A DNA stretch of 64,000 nucleotides from a virus, in IMG/VR virus record IMGVR_UViG_3300037307_000721. One strand, written 5' to 3'. Made by a program: the position numbers and the translations under genes. Under the pieces are notes generated by a model. That model saw only the letters and a list, made by a program, of their open reading frames with translations, searched no databases and was not told the DNA's origin. Positions 1 through 9,401 of this stretch are shown here, in pieces (position 1 is the stretch's first letter; the number at the start of each line of letters is the position of its first letter).

Positions 1-712
1 ACCTGGGCGCCTGGTTCTCCCAGATCTGGAGATAGTCGAATGAGGCTGAGAACGAGGGCCACGCGGTCCAGTTTCGCACGAACACGCCGACGTCCCGGAT
101 GTCCATCGGGAGCGCGGCCGAGTAGTGGTAGGTCCAGGCCGAGCCATCGTTCACCGAGACGTAGACGGCGAACGAGAAGTAGGGGAGTCGCCTGTTGTCG
201 AGCGGGATGGTCGCTGGCTGGCCGGAGGCGTCCGTGTTCCAGTAGATCCGGTAGCGGTGTGGGCTCGTCACCGGCCCGGTGTAGGTCGCGCTCGAGGTGT
301 AGAGGCCCGAGCCGATGTCGCCGATCACCTGCTGCACGTACATCTTGGAGTCGGCCGGGTACCAACCGACCCAGAGCAGGTTGTCGAGATCGTAGCTCAG
401 GAGCAGGCCGCCCAGGAAGCAGGTGTTGGCGCTGTAGGTGAACGCGGTGACTCTGGACTCGGCGTAGTAGAATCCACCGAGGCGCACGCCGCTCGGATCG
501 CGCCCGGCGTCCGCGCCGAGCTCGTTTCGGTTGGACTGCCGCGCGATGGGGGCACGGTTCCAATAGGTCCACAGGTCACAGTAGGCGCCGGCAAGGGCAG
601 AGATGATCAGCGACCCGCCGGACTCGACGATGCTCCCGCCGCCGACGGAATCCTTGCGCCCCGGCGTCGTGCCGTCGAAGTTGTCCGCGAATATGCGCTT
701 GAACTCTGCCAC
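1..712 (-). CDS. Tail-associated lectin-like beta-sandwich protein (partial, runs off the left edge)
   Basis: Not in the ORF track. I read GTG at 712 with GGAG upstream and an open frame to base 1 (MAEFKRIFADNFDG...GVFVRNWTAWPSFSASFDYLQIW...). It resembles the middle domain of 724-3657. Confidence 0.7.
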   Translation of the reverse strand, partial: MAEFKRIFADNFDGTTPGRKDSVGGGSIVESGGSLIISALAGAYCDLWTYWNRAPIARQSNRNELGADAGRDPSGVRLGGFYYAESRVTAFTYSANTCFLGGLLLSYDLDNLLWVGWYPADSKMYVQQVIGDIGSGLYTSSATYTGPVTSPHRYRIYWNTDASGQPATIPLDNRRLPYFSFAVYVSVNDGSAWTYHYSAALPMDIRDVGVFVRNWTAWPSFSASFDYLQIWENQAPR

Positions 713-723
713 CTGGTTCTCTC

Positions 724-3657
724 CTAACGACTCATCACGAAGCCTTCGAGCGACTTCGGATCCGCCAAGGGCTCTTCAGCCCCGCCGTACTCGTGCGAGC
801 TGACCACGTGGTCGTCGTAGAGGCGAATCAGCGTGATCGCGCTGCCTGTCCAGGAGGCCACGATCAGGTAGCTCGACAGGGCCACGTTGATGCCTTGGAG
901 ATAGACCACGCGCGGGTCCTGGCCCGCGAGGATCTCGCCTGCCGGTGGCGCGTTGAGTCGGCCGCCACCACCCTTGCCCACGGTGGTGTAGGCGAGCCAC
1001 GAGCGCATGCTCTTGCGCTCGATTCGGTACACGCCTCCAAACTGCTCGGAGCCTGGCAGCGCGCCGGCCACGTAGATCTGGTCCCGAAGGTGTTTCAGGT
1101 CGTAGATCGTGTAGTCGATGGTGGCCCAGGCCGACCTGGGGTTGCTCTTGTCCGCGAGGATGACCCCCTGAAAGTAGTCGCGGAGGTTCCGGAAGACTGT
1201 GCCCTCTCGATCGGTGAAGTAGAACAGGCCGTAGTCGTCGAAGCACACGCAACTGGCGAAGGTGCCCGTTCCACCAACGTCCGGGCCTTCCGGTACCGTT
1301 CGCAGCTGCGGCGCGTTGTTGTAGTAGCGGAACACGTCGGGGGGTGCGCCGAGGCCACCGACGGCGATCATCTGGCCCTTCTCGCCATCCGGTGCCTCGC
1401 CTGCCTTCACGGCGTACTGCGACACGCGATAGTTGCCGGTAGCACCGAGTCTGAATTCAGGACTGATGCCGGACGTGGTGTAGTTGCCCGTCGTGTTGCG
1501 ATGCGTGATGTTGCGCCCGGTCGTCCCCTTCCAGTGGTCGTCAGAGCGAATCAGGTGTACGAAGTTCTGGTCGTTGGCCTTGAAGTTGACGATGCACAGT
1601 CCACCTGGCCCGGCCGCCTCGCGGGACACGACGCACAAGATGCCGTCCTTCATGCTCACGCCGCGGAGCGTGTCGGTCTCACCGCCAACCAGGTTGTAGG
1701 TCGTCGTGCCGCTGAGCAAGAAGCGCATCCAGACTCGGAACTGCGAGGGGAACGAGTCAAGGTCGTAGATCGTGAGCTCGTTCCTGTTGATCATGATGAG
1801 CGAGCGCACGGGGAAGTCCGGGCGCGCGCTCCGGTGCGCGCCGGAGGCCTCCGAGGCCCATGGTGCGAGCGAGCCCTGGTTCACGCCATTGATGTAGTAG
1901 TAGCCGCTTCGAGCATAGCCCGTGAGCAGGCTGGTCGCGGGGTCGGCCCAGTCCTCTCCCGTCGTGTCGTAGAAGAAGCTGTGCCCGGAGAAGTACTCCC
2001 CATTCACATGGACGTGCCCGTCGATGTCGTAGGTGTCGCGACGGAAGTTGACCAGCGCCACCTCGGTGAGCTTGGCGACATCGCGATCCACGTCGCCCCA
2101 GGCGCCCACGCCGTCGAGGTTCCCTGCGCGGCGAATCGTGCCGCCCGCAGCCGGGTCCGCGGCCGGAGTGCCGTCGAGCCAGATATGCGAATACGGAACG
2201 GGGTTCTCGACCTGCTGCGGCAGCCGCGCGCGCGAATGCGCGGCCACGCCGCCCTCATCGGCCCAGCCGTGCTGGCGACCCGACGTGGGGAAGAAGTGTC
2301 GGGCGAGCTGGTCTTGCGCCGTGGCCGGGAACTGGAAGCCGAAGTTGGTGCCCGACCCGCGGTCCGTGTATCCGCCGACGGATGGCTCGACCGCGTTCAG
2401 CGTGGGCTCGGCGCCGGGGCTCGTGTAGTCGTAGGTGATGCCCGTGCGCTCGTCGAGCTCGCCGTAGCCGTAGATCCAGTCCCAAGAGATCGTGTAGGCC
2501 GGGAAGTTGCTGCCCCAGTTCTTGCCGCCGAGGACGACCCTGGTGGGCGTGATGGCCGCCGGGGTGTTGGCGATCTCGAGCCACTGGTTGTTGGCCGCGT
2601 CCCAGACCTCGAAGAAGAAAACGCCGCGGACGCGGTCCCAGACATGTCGCACGCGGCTGCCGATGGGCGAACCACTCGGCCAGGGCAGGTAGCCGAGGTA
2701 GGTCTGCGAACTCGAGTAGACCTTGTAGGCGCGGACGTTGGAGCGGTCCGTTCCGTAGATCCACACCATGTTGTTGTCGGCCGCCCAGAGTCCGAAGATC
2801 CAGTTGTTGTAGCTGGTGTCGAGCGGGTTCCAGTCGTGGAGCTGGCACTCAATCACGACTCGGGTGAAGGCTGAGACGGAGCCGAGGTCGTAGTAGGCCG
2901 CGTGGCAGTGCCGGTATTGCGGCGAACCTCCGACGGATGGCCACCAGTCCGTGTCCGTGCCCATCGGCACGTGGTACCAGAGCACGCCGCCGCCCTCGGC
3001 CTCCTCGGTCCAGGTCCCATTTCCGCCGGGCAGGAAGCTCGGCAGGACTTCATCGTCGAAGGTGTCGTCGATGATCGGCATCCAGTAGTCCTGGATGTCA
3101 AACGTGTAGGTCGTGTCGAGCAGGTTGCCGAGCACGTCCCTGGCGATCACCCTGACGGAGATGGTGTCGAGCCGGGCCCAATTCGAGGTCTTCTGGATGT
3201 TGAAGTGGTGCCCGAGTGGGAGGTCCGAGCGCGTGGAGCCTGGCGCGTTGTAGGGACTCACGAACGAGTCGGTGGCGCCCACGTAGGCGTCGACGCCTTC
3301 GACCTTGATGACCACCGTCGAAAGGTCGATACCGCTCTCATCCACGATGTCGAGGGCGATGACCTTGTTCTTCGTGACACCGATCTGGGACGGCGCTGGG
3401 TCTCGATTCTCCAGGTGCGGCGGGGTGGAGTCCGCCCAGTAGATGAGCGCCTCGCCGAGGAACCAGTCGTAGAGTGGATGCGCCGTCGCCGCAAATCCGG
3501 TCAGCAGACCGGAGCCCACGCCCTCGGAGCCGGCCCACTCGCCTGGATTGTAGTTGACGGGTGCCGCCGCGGCGCCAGAACCGGCTTGCAGACTATCGCC
3601 GTCAGCCCATACACCCGGGCTGTAGTTCGTTGGCGAAGCGGAGACGTTCCAGGCCAT
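724..3657 (-). CDS. Large multidomain tail fibre/receptor-binding-like protein (Ig-like + lectin-like + probable beta-propeller)
   Basis: 977 aa, aromatic/Gly/Thr-rich. PPHLENRDPAP...DTTYTFDI resembles a bacterial Ig-like domain. Located distal to the baseplate genes. Confidence 0.65.
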   Translation of the reverse strand: MAWNVSASPTNYSPGVWADGDSLQAGSGAAAAPVNYNPGEWAGSEGVGSGLLTGFAATAHPLYDWFLGEALIYWADSTPPHLENRDPAPSQIGVTKNKVIALDIVDESGIDLSTVVIKVEGVDAYVGATDSFVSPYNAPGSTRSDLPLGHHFNIQKTSNWARLDTISVRVIARDVLGNLLDTTYTFDIQDYWMPIIDDTFDDEVLPSFLPGGNGTWTEEAEGGGVLWYHVPMGTDTDWWPSVGGSPQYRHCHAAYYDLGSVSAFTRVVIECQLHDWNPLDTSYNNWIFGLWAADNNMVWIYGTDRSNVRAYKVYSSSQTYLGYLPWPSGSPIGSRVRHVWDRVRGVFFFEVWDAANNQWLEIANTPAAITPTRVVLGGKNWGSNFPAYTISWDWIYGYGELDERTGITYDYTSPGAEPTLNAVEPSVGGYTDRGSGTNFGFQFPATAQDQLARHFFPTSGRQHGWADEGGVAAHSRARLPQQVENPVPYSHIWLDGTPAADPAAGGTIRRAGNLDGVGAWGDVDRDVAKLTEVALVNFRRDTYDIDGHVHVNGEYFSGHSFFYDTTGEDWADPATSLLTGYARSGYYYINGVNQGSLAPWASEASGAHRSARPDFPVRSLIMINRNELTIYDLDSFPSQFRVWMRFLLSGTTTYNLVGGETDTLRGVSMKDGILCVVSREAAGPGGLCIVNFKANDQNFVHLIRSDDHWKGTTGRNITHRNTTGNYTTSGISPEFRLGATGNYRVSQYAVKAGEAPDGEKGQMIAVGGLGAPPDVFRYYNNAPQLRTVPEGPDVGGTGTFASCVCFDDYGLFYFTDREGTVFRNLRDYFQGVILADKSNPRSAWATIDYTIYDLKHLRDQIYVAGALPGSEQFGGVYRIERKSMRSWLAYTTVGKGGGGRLNAPPAGEILAGQDPRVVYLQGINVALSSYLIVASWTGSAITLIRLYDDHVVSSHEYGGAEEPLADPKSLEGFVMSR

Positions 3658-3669
3658 CGGTCACCGATC

Positions 3670-4857
3670 CTATGACGGCAGGAATTGCGGGGTGGTTCCG
3701 GTCCACGGGATCACGAACCCGTCGTGGGCCATGAGCTTGTCCTTGGTGCCCGCGTCGTCGATCGTTTGCATCGCGCTGAAGTTGTTTCTGCACTCCTCGA
3801 ACGCCGGATAGGTGCCCAGGACCTCGTACAGGTTGTCGGAGTTGTCGCGATCCACGATGAACTGGGTGCCGGGCTTCAGGTCGTTCTTGCCGGTTCGGGC
3901 GTTCGCCTCGTTGGAAGCCCACTGCGTGAAGCCCTGCGTGGCGTCGGAGTAGCCCCACTCGAGCGGGTAGCACGAGTACGCCCTGCCTCGGCCATCGCGC
4001 CACACGAATCCGTGCCAGTAACCAGCGTTGCCCCCGCGCGTGAAGACCTGCCCGAGAGTTGGCGCATTGCCCAAGCCGGCGAGCACCCAGAGCTCGCTCG
4101 CGGAGTGCGCTGGAGCGGTCTCGTAGGGCACGAGCTTCGCAACGGAGATGGCGCAGTTGTTCGAAGGACTCTGGTTCGTGAAGAACCAGAAGTTGAGCCG
4201 CGTTCCCTCCGTCGTGCCTTCGACATAGAAATAGGTGTTGTTGGCGTACGAGGTCACGTTGTGCCCGAAGCGCTTGTACTCGGGGGTCGGAAGCTGCAAG
4301 ATCTTCCCCGTCGCCGTCCAGTCGGCGTTGAGCGACATCCGGATGCGCAGGTAGCAGTTGGCCTCGAGAAGCACTTCGATCTCCCAGCCATCAGCGTGCG
4401 GAGTGCGCAGACGCCAGTAGTCGCCCAGCGTGTCTGGGACGGAGCCGTCTTCCGGAATCATCCACCAGCTCAGACTGGAAGCGGTGGTAGGGTACTCGGT
4501 GGCCCCGGTTCGGAAGTCGATGGTGACCGTGTTCACGTCCACGTAGGCGATGATCTTGTACCAACCGCTGTTGATCGGATTGGTGAGATCCTTGATCAAC
4601 ACCCACTTGCCGACGTCGCCGCCTGCGAACGCGCCATAGGTCGAGTCGACCAGGTTGAAGTTCGCGTTGCTGAGAGCGCCGTTCGTGCCGGTGGCGGACC
4701 CAGTCGGGTCGTAGGTGCCCGACGTGACGCTTTGGGCGAAGTTGGTGTAGCCGAGGACGTTGTACATCCACCAGCACAGCATCTTCGAGAAGAAGCTCAT
4801 GCCCGAGCGCGGCGACGCGGCCTGCAATCTGACTTCACGCACCCAGTGGGTAGCCAT
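3670..4857 (-). CDS. Putative tail-associated structural protein (paralog of 4867-6069)
   Basis: 395 aa, high GC3, SD upstream, carries the FxxxDxG module. Confidence 0.65.
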   Translation of the reverse strand: MATHWVREVRLQAASPRSGMSFFSKMLCWWMYNVLGYTNFAQSVTSGTYDPTGSATGTNGALSNANFNLVDSTYGAFAGGDVGKWVLIKDLTNPINSGWYKIIAYVDVNTVTIDFRTGATEYPTTASSLSWWMIPEDGSVPDTLGDYWRLRTPHADGWEIEVLLEANCYLRIRMSLNADWTATGKILQLPTPEYKRFGHNVTSYANNTYFYVEGTTEGTRLNFWFFTNQSPSNNCAISVAKLVPYETAPAHSASELWVLAGLGNAPTLGQVFTRGGNAGYWHGFVWRDGRGRAYSCYPLEWGYSDATQGFTQWASNEANARTGKNDLKPGTQFIVDRDNSDNLYEVLGTYPAFEECRNNFSAMQTIDDAGTKDKLMAHDGFVIPWTGTTPQFLPS

Positions 4858-4866
4858 CGTGTTCTC

Positions 4867-6069
4867 CTATCGGTTGTTCCACTGGACGTGGACCTTGCTG
4901 CCGTTCCAGGGAATGCTGAGACCGCCGTTGAAGTGCAAGTACTCCATCGAGGTCCCGAATGGGATCAGGGCCTGGTAGAAGCCGCTGAGCCGAAGGCTCT
5001 TCGGCACTCCACGCGCCTCCATGTGCCCGGTCGTGCGGCACTGGAGCATGGGCTCGATCCTGTAGACGCCCTTGGACCACTGGCTCCACATGCGATTGCC
5101 GGTGAAGTGGTTCGTGGAGCCCGCGCCATTCGGCACGGTCGCGGGGCCCATGATGTAGGCGGCGACCTCGACGTTGTTGGACCCTCCGTTGTAGGCCATC
5201 ATTCGGCCTCCGGCCGAGATCTGCCCGGAGGAGCCGTAGCCCCAGTTAATCGCGCTGTAGGTGCCATAGCCGTGAATCAGAACGCCGGGGTTGGGGTCCG
5301 TGGTCGTGCCTGCCGTCGGCGTGATGGCCCCGATGTAGGCCATCATGGTTTGCGAGGCGTTGTAGGTGTCCCTGACGAGAACGACGAAGTGATCGTTGTC
5401 CGTCTCGTCACCGAAGGCCCAGACGTTGGCGTAGGCGCCGAATGAGCCGTTGGCACCGAAGACCAGGTTCGTCGTGTTTCGCGTGTCGTTCCAGGCATGC
5501 GAGGTGCTGTTCCAGGTGCCGAACGGTCCCATGGCCAACAGGGGATAGGCGGTGACGCCCGTGCCGCACGTGATCTTGACGTCCATGTTCGGCTCGGCCG
5601 GCGTGTGCAGGTAGGCCGTGCGAATGACGGCCCACGTGTTCGCGGCCGGAACGGTCGTGGAGCTCCAGAGCCGATAGCTCACGCTGGTCTTGCTGGCGGG
5701 GAGCCCGTTCTCGTGCACGCCCCGCAAGATGTCGAGGTAGGCGATCTGCGCGGCGACGTTCACCTTCAGGATGCGATAGATGCCAATCGTCTCCTTCTCC
5801 CCGGCGGACCACCCGGCGTTGCCCAGCATCGTGACGTAGCGGCCCTCATCGGCTGAGGTGAGCGTGTAGACGGCCCCGGAGAAGTCAAGCTCGTTCGGGT
5901 TGGCCGTGGTTGCGATGTCCGCTCCCGAAGCGACGACGCTGCTCCAGTTCGCGTCGTTGTTGTCGTGGAGCGTCCAGCCCAGCACCTGGGTGGCGAACTC
6001 CACGATCCAGCGACTGAACACCAGTCCGCCACTTGCGTCGATCCTCAATCCATTCTGAAAGCGGGCCAT
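4867..6069 (-). CDS. Putative tail-associated structural protein (paralog of 3670-4857)
   Basis: 400 aa. Shares the VLG(W/Y)T, xxxxDxG(R/K)(Y/W)V and GxYxI motifs with its neighbour. Confidence 0.65.
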   Translation of the reverse strand: MARFQNGLRIDASGGLVFSRWIVEFATQVLGWTLHDNNDANWSSVVASGADIATTANPNELDFSGAVYTLTSADEGRYVTMLGNAGWSAGEKETIGIYRILKVNVAAQIAYLDILRGVHENGLPASKTSVSYRLWSSTTVPAANTWAVIRTAYLHTPAEPNMDVKITCGTGVTAYPLLAMGPFGTWNSTSHAWNDTRNTTNLVFGANGSFGAYANVWAFGDETDNDHFVVLVRDTYNASQTMMAYIGAITPTAGTTTDPNPGVLIHGYGTYSAINWGYGSSGQISAGGRMMAYNGGSNNVEVAAYIMGPATVPNGAGSTNHFTGNRMWSQWSKGVYRIEPMLQCRTTGHMEARGVPKSLRLSGFYQALIPFGTSMEYLHFNGGLSIPWNGSKVHVQWNNR

Positions 6070-6079
6070 CGTCTACCTC

Positions 6080-6340
6080 TCAGGCGTAGGTACCGTCGTA
6101 CACGCGCTGCTTGGCGGCGCTCGGCGTCAGGGGCGTCTCGCCGTAGCACTCGTCGTTGGTGAACTGGATCACGGCGACCTCGGAGTCCCGGGAGACGCTC
6201 AAGTCCACACCGCCGGTCTCGGCGTCACCCGTGAGAACGAAGCCGGTGACGGTGTAGCGGTAGCCGGATTCGGGCCACGAGATGGGCAGCCAGTAGTGGA
6301 TGGCCGCCTCGATTGCCACTTGTCTCTCGAGCTCGGTCAT
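6080..6340 (-). CDS. Hypothetical protein (possible fibre assembly chaperone)
   Basis: 86 aa, tightly packed in the operon, high GC3. Confidence 0.55.
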   Translation of the reverse strand: MTELERQVAIEAAIHYWLPISWPESGYRYTVTGFVLTGDAETGGVDLSVSRDSEVAVIQFTNDECYGETPLTPSAAKQRVYDGTYA

Positions 6341-6343
6341 GGC

Positions 6344-6598
6344 CTACTCCTGCACGAGCTCTTGCGAGCCGTCGCTGAAGATGGCATAGCGCTCGGCGCC
6401 CATCGCGACGTAGCCGAGATGGATCGGCAGCGTGTAGCCCTCCTCCTTCTCGAACACGGCCGAGAACTCCTCCCCTGGCAGGTGCGAGACGTACTCGTCT
6501 CGCATCGCGTTGGCCGCGGCCTCGTCCTCGAAGGGACCCACGAGAGCGCGGTCGAATTGCTCCTCCGGGTCCCGCTTGCGAATGAAGAACCATGGCAT
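6344..6598 (-). CDS. Hypothetical protein
   Basis: 84 aa acidic ORF, GGAGG upstream, tight operon packing. Confidence 0.55.
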   Translation of the reverse strand: MPWFFIRKRDPEEQFDRALVGPFEDEAAANAMRDEYVSHLPGEEFSAVFEKEEGYTLPIHLGYVAMGAERYAIFSDGSQELVQE

Positions 6599-6614
6599 GG
6601 TCCTGCCTCCGTTC

Positions 6615-7286
6615 CTACACGCTATACAGCGTGAGCGCGTAGTCGATGAGCAGCGCCTGCGTGCTCAGCTTGTTGATGATGATCGGATTGCCAGCCGAGT
6701 CCTTCAGACGTACGCGAGCGCTTCGGCCGAGAACGTCCGAGTACGGCGTGCCGGTGGAATCGCCGTCCATGTTCACCCAGACCGCCGCCGAGTAGATGTT
6801 GCCCACGGCCTGCGAGGGCAGCCACAGCCAACGATTTCGAAAGAAGATGGCCTCGCGACCGTTCGGGTCCTTGGCGCACTGATAGGACTCGATCTGGTCC
6901 TCGACGAAGCGCTTCGAGCCTCCGGACGAGTCCACCGTGTCCGTTACCGCGTGGATGCTGATCGGCCCGTAGCCGGTCCAGCAGGTCGAGGCGTCCTGGT
7001 AGGACGGCTCGCCGCTCGTGCCGCTGCCCGACATGTTGATGAACGCCAGAATGGCGCCAGAGTCGCCGCAGTCCCAGCCTTCAGGCGGACTGCCGCCTCC
7101 GAAGAGGCGGTAGAAGATGTTCGCCACGGCGTTGTCGAAGAGCATGTTGCGACCGTGCCACTCACCGACGAGCGGGTGCTCGGTCAGCAACTGCCTGAGC
7201 TGCCCGTGCTTGCCAGCCGCAACGAATGCCGCATCGGGCAACTTGCCCGTGTCATGCAGGTAGAAGTCAAAGTGTCCGCAGAACAT
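6615..7286 (-). CDS. Putative baseplate/fibre-attachment protein
   Basis: 223 aa. N-terminal FxF...RNxxxD pattern resembles phage wedge/fibre-anchor proteins. Position fits. Confidence 0.5.
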   Translation of the reverse strand: MFCGHFDFYLHDTGKLPDAAFVAAGKHGQLRQLLTEHPLVGEWHGRNMLFDNAVANIFYRLFGGGSPPEGWDCGDSGAILAFINMSGSGTSGEPSYQDASTCWTGYGPISIHAVTDTVDSSGGSKRFVEDQIESYQCAKDPNGREAIFFRNRWLWLPSQAVGNIYSAAVWVNMDGDSTGTPYSDVLGRSARVRLKDSAGNPIIINKLSTQALLIDYALTLYSV

Positions 7287-7295
7287 CGTTGCACC

Positions 7296-9329
7296 TCACA
7301 GAGTGACCGACAGGTCGCCGGAGATGTTGGCGCGGTAGACGACCGCCAAGGCCTCCGTGGGTTCCTTCGCCACCGGCAGTGTGACGCCGGTGTGCGGACC
7401 CTCCGGGAAGTCCGTGGCGAAGTCGGAGCCGCAGTAGTACTGGCTGCCGCCGGTGTTCGGCGGAAAGAGCTTGTCGATGGTGGCCTGGAGCGAGCCCTCG
7501 GATGCGCCTCCGATGAAGGCGTCGGATCGACTGCCGGCCACCGTGCCGCGGATGACCAAGAAGCCGAAGGTCGTGCGGATGGCCTCGAGCTGCCAGCCGC
7601 GCAACACGGGGTTGAGCGCGTTGCAGACGTTGGTCACCGAGAACGGCGCACCGGAGACGTCCGACTGGAAGTAGTAGGTCCGGTAGGCGTGCGCGGTCTT
7701 GCACTTGAGCGCGATCTTGTCCACGTTCTTCGTGAACGTCTGCTCCGGCACGTAGCCCCAGATGTAGAACTCCAGAAGCTGCGCGTACCGCGTGGGGTTG
7801 TATGCGGTCATCGTTCCGATCCGGAAGCCCTTGCAGCTGAAGCTTTGAGTGAAGGTGTACTCGACGCCATAGGAGCCAGCGTTGTAGATGGCCGCGCCCT
7901 GGTCCGCTCCCGAACCGGTGAAGTCGCCGCCCTGACCGGAGGTGAGCCCCACCCAGTCCGGCTCGTAGTCGGGCCGCGGATTGCCGCCGTTCGCGTTCGG
8001 GTCCAGGTAGAAGAACCGGAACTTGTTGGGCGCGTAGTCCATGGGCACGTTGGGCGGCATCACGACGCGAACGCCGCGCACGTCGAAGGCGGTCTGCCAG
8101 CAACGTCCGAGGACGTGCGGCCCGCTGTCGTCGGCGGAAACCCACTTGTCGCCCTGGTCGAGCACGCCGTCGATGTACTGCTGCCGGACGTTGCCGTCGA
8201 ACCCGTTCGAGCCGACGTAGGTGCCGTCGTGCCCGGACTCCTGGTATCCGTCGCCGTAGGTGTTCACGTCCTCGTAGGGCGGAGTCGGCGTGGAATAGGG
8301 GTACTGGTGCAGACCAGTTCCCTCATGCCGATAGGCGCGGTCCGCGATGCCCTGGAAGCTCGGCGGGAATCCGATGATGGAGCGAACGCCCCACTGGGAA
8401 TTCGTCTCGGCATCACCCGCGTCGACGCCCCTGGCCATTCCAATGCCCTTGATCGGGAAGTAGTCGATGGCCTTGGCACTGCCCGAGGTGTTCGGCGCGT
8501 TGTAGACACCGTCGGGGAAGGAGATGTCCATGAAGCTGCGCGGCGTGCTCTCGGCGACGAGGTTCCCGTGCACGGTGGTGTCGAGGCGAACGCGCGTGGC
8601 GTCCCAGACCTGGGCGATGACCCGGTCCTTGTTGTTGGTCGCGTTGAGCGCGTTTCGGATGCGCAGAACCATGCCGATGTCGTCGGAGGTGAAAGAGCCG
8701 TTGGCGAGCTTGACCGAGTTCGGGTAGCTCGGGTCGGACGGCCCGTAGATGATGTCCTGTGCGGGGTCGCCGGTGATGGCGCGAATGAGCGCGACGGCCG
8801 AGGCGTAGAAGGTGTACTCGATCTCGCGATAGGGCGTCGTGCTCGGGTAGACGCTCGAGAGCCACTTGAAGATCCCGGAGGTGTCGCTGAGTGCGCAGCC
8901 GCGACGTCCCTCGTACGGGGTGGCCACATCGGTCGGAATCGCCGAGTTGTAAGCTCCATCGGACTCGTCCCATTCGACACGCGCGTCGCCGAACTTGACC
9001 TGGACCGTGTGATCGGCCACGAGGATGAGCGCTCCGAAGGGGTTGTAGGTCGGGTTCACGATCTCGCTGGGCGCGTAGGTGTTACCCGCGTGCCCGCTGA
9101 GGAGAAGGTGCATGACGCGCCCGAGGCCTCGCTTGAGCCACTTGTTCTTGACCCAGACCTCCTGCACGACCTTCGCCCGGGCGGGATTCACGCGAAGGGC
9201 ACCGTCCGGGCCAACCTCGAACATGTCCTTCCATTCGATCGGCGTGCCAGGCACTCGGCCCTTGGGGTCCAGGCGGATCAAGCCGAAAACGCCGCCGAAG
9301 CCGGTCCCGCCGGTGAGATCTAGTGTCAT
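7296..9329 (-). CDS. Putative baseplate/fibre-attachment protein with discoidin (F5/8C)-like domain
   Basis: 677 aa. The segment DGVLDQGDKWVS...DVRGVRVVMP...PNKFRFFY...KGFRI...QLLEFYIWG follows the discoidin pattern. Carries the FTxxDxG module. Confidence 0.55.
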   Translation of the reverse strand: MTLDLTGGTGFGGVFGLIRLDPKGRVPGTPIEWKDMFEVGPDGALRVNPARAKVVQEVWVKNKWLKRGLGRVMHLLLSGHAGNTYAPSEIVNPTYNPFGALILVADHTVQVKFGDARVEWDESDGAYNSAIPTDVATPYEGRRGCALSDTSGIFKWLSSVYPSTTPYREIEYTFYASAVALIRAITGDPAQDIIYGPSDPSYPNSVKLANGSFTSDDIGMVLRIRNALNATNNKDRVIAQVWDATRVRLDTTVHGNLVAESTPRSFMDISFPDGVYNAPNTSGSAKAIDYFPIKGIGMARGVDAGDAETNSQWGVRSIIGFPPSFQGIADRAYRHEGTGLHQYPYSTPTPPYEDVNTYGDGYQESGHDGTYVGSNGFDGNVRQQYIDGVLDQGDKWVSADDSGPHVLGRCWQTAFDVRGVRVVMPPNVPMDYAPNKFRFFYLDPNANGGNPRPDYEPDWVGLTSGQGGDFTGSGADQGAAIYNAGSYGVEYTFTQSFSCKGFRIGTMTAYNPTRYAQLLEFYIWGYVPEQTFTKNVDKIALKCKTAHAYRTYYFQSDVSGAPFSVTNVCNALNPVLRGWQLEAIRTTFGFLVIRGTVAGSRSDAFIGGASEGSLQATIDKLFPPNTGGSQYYCGSDFATDFPEGPHTGVTLPVAKEPTEALAVVYRANISGDLSVTL

Positions 9330-9401
9330 CTTCCAACTCCGCTCCAGCTAGTTTCTCTCGCGCCGCCGCCCGCTGGCTTGGACGACGGCGCCGATCTTAT
9401 C

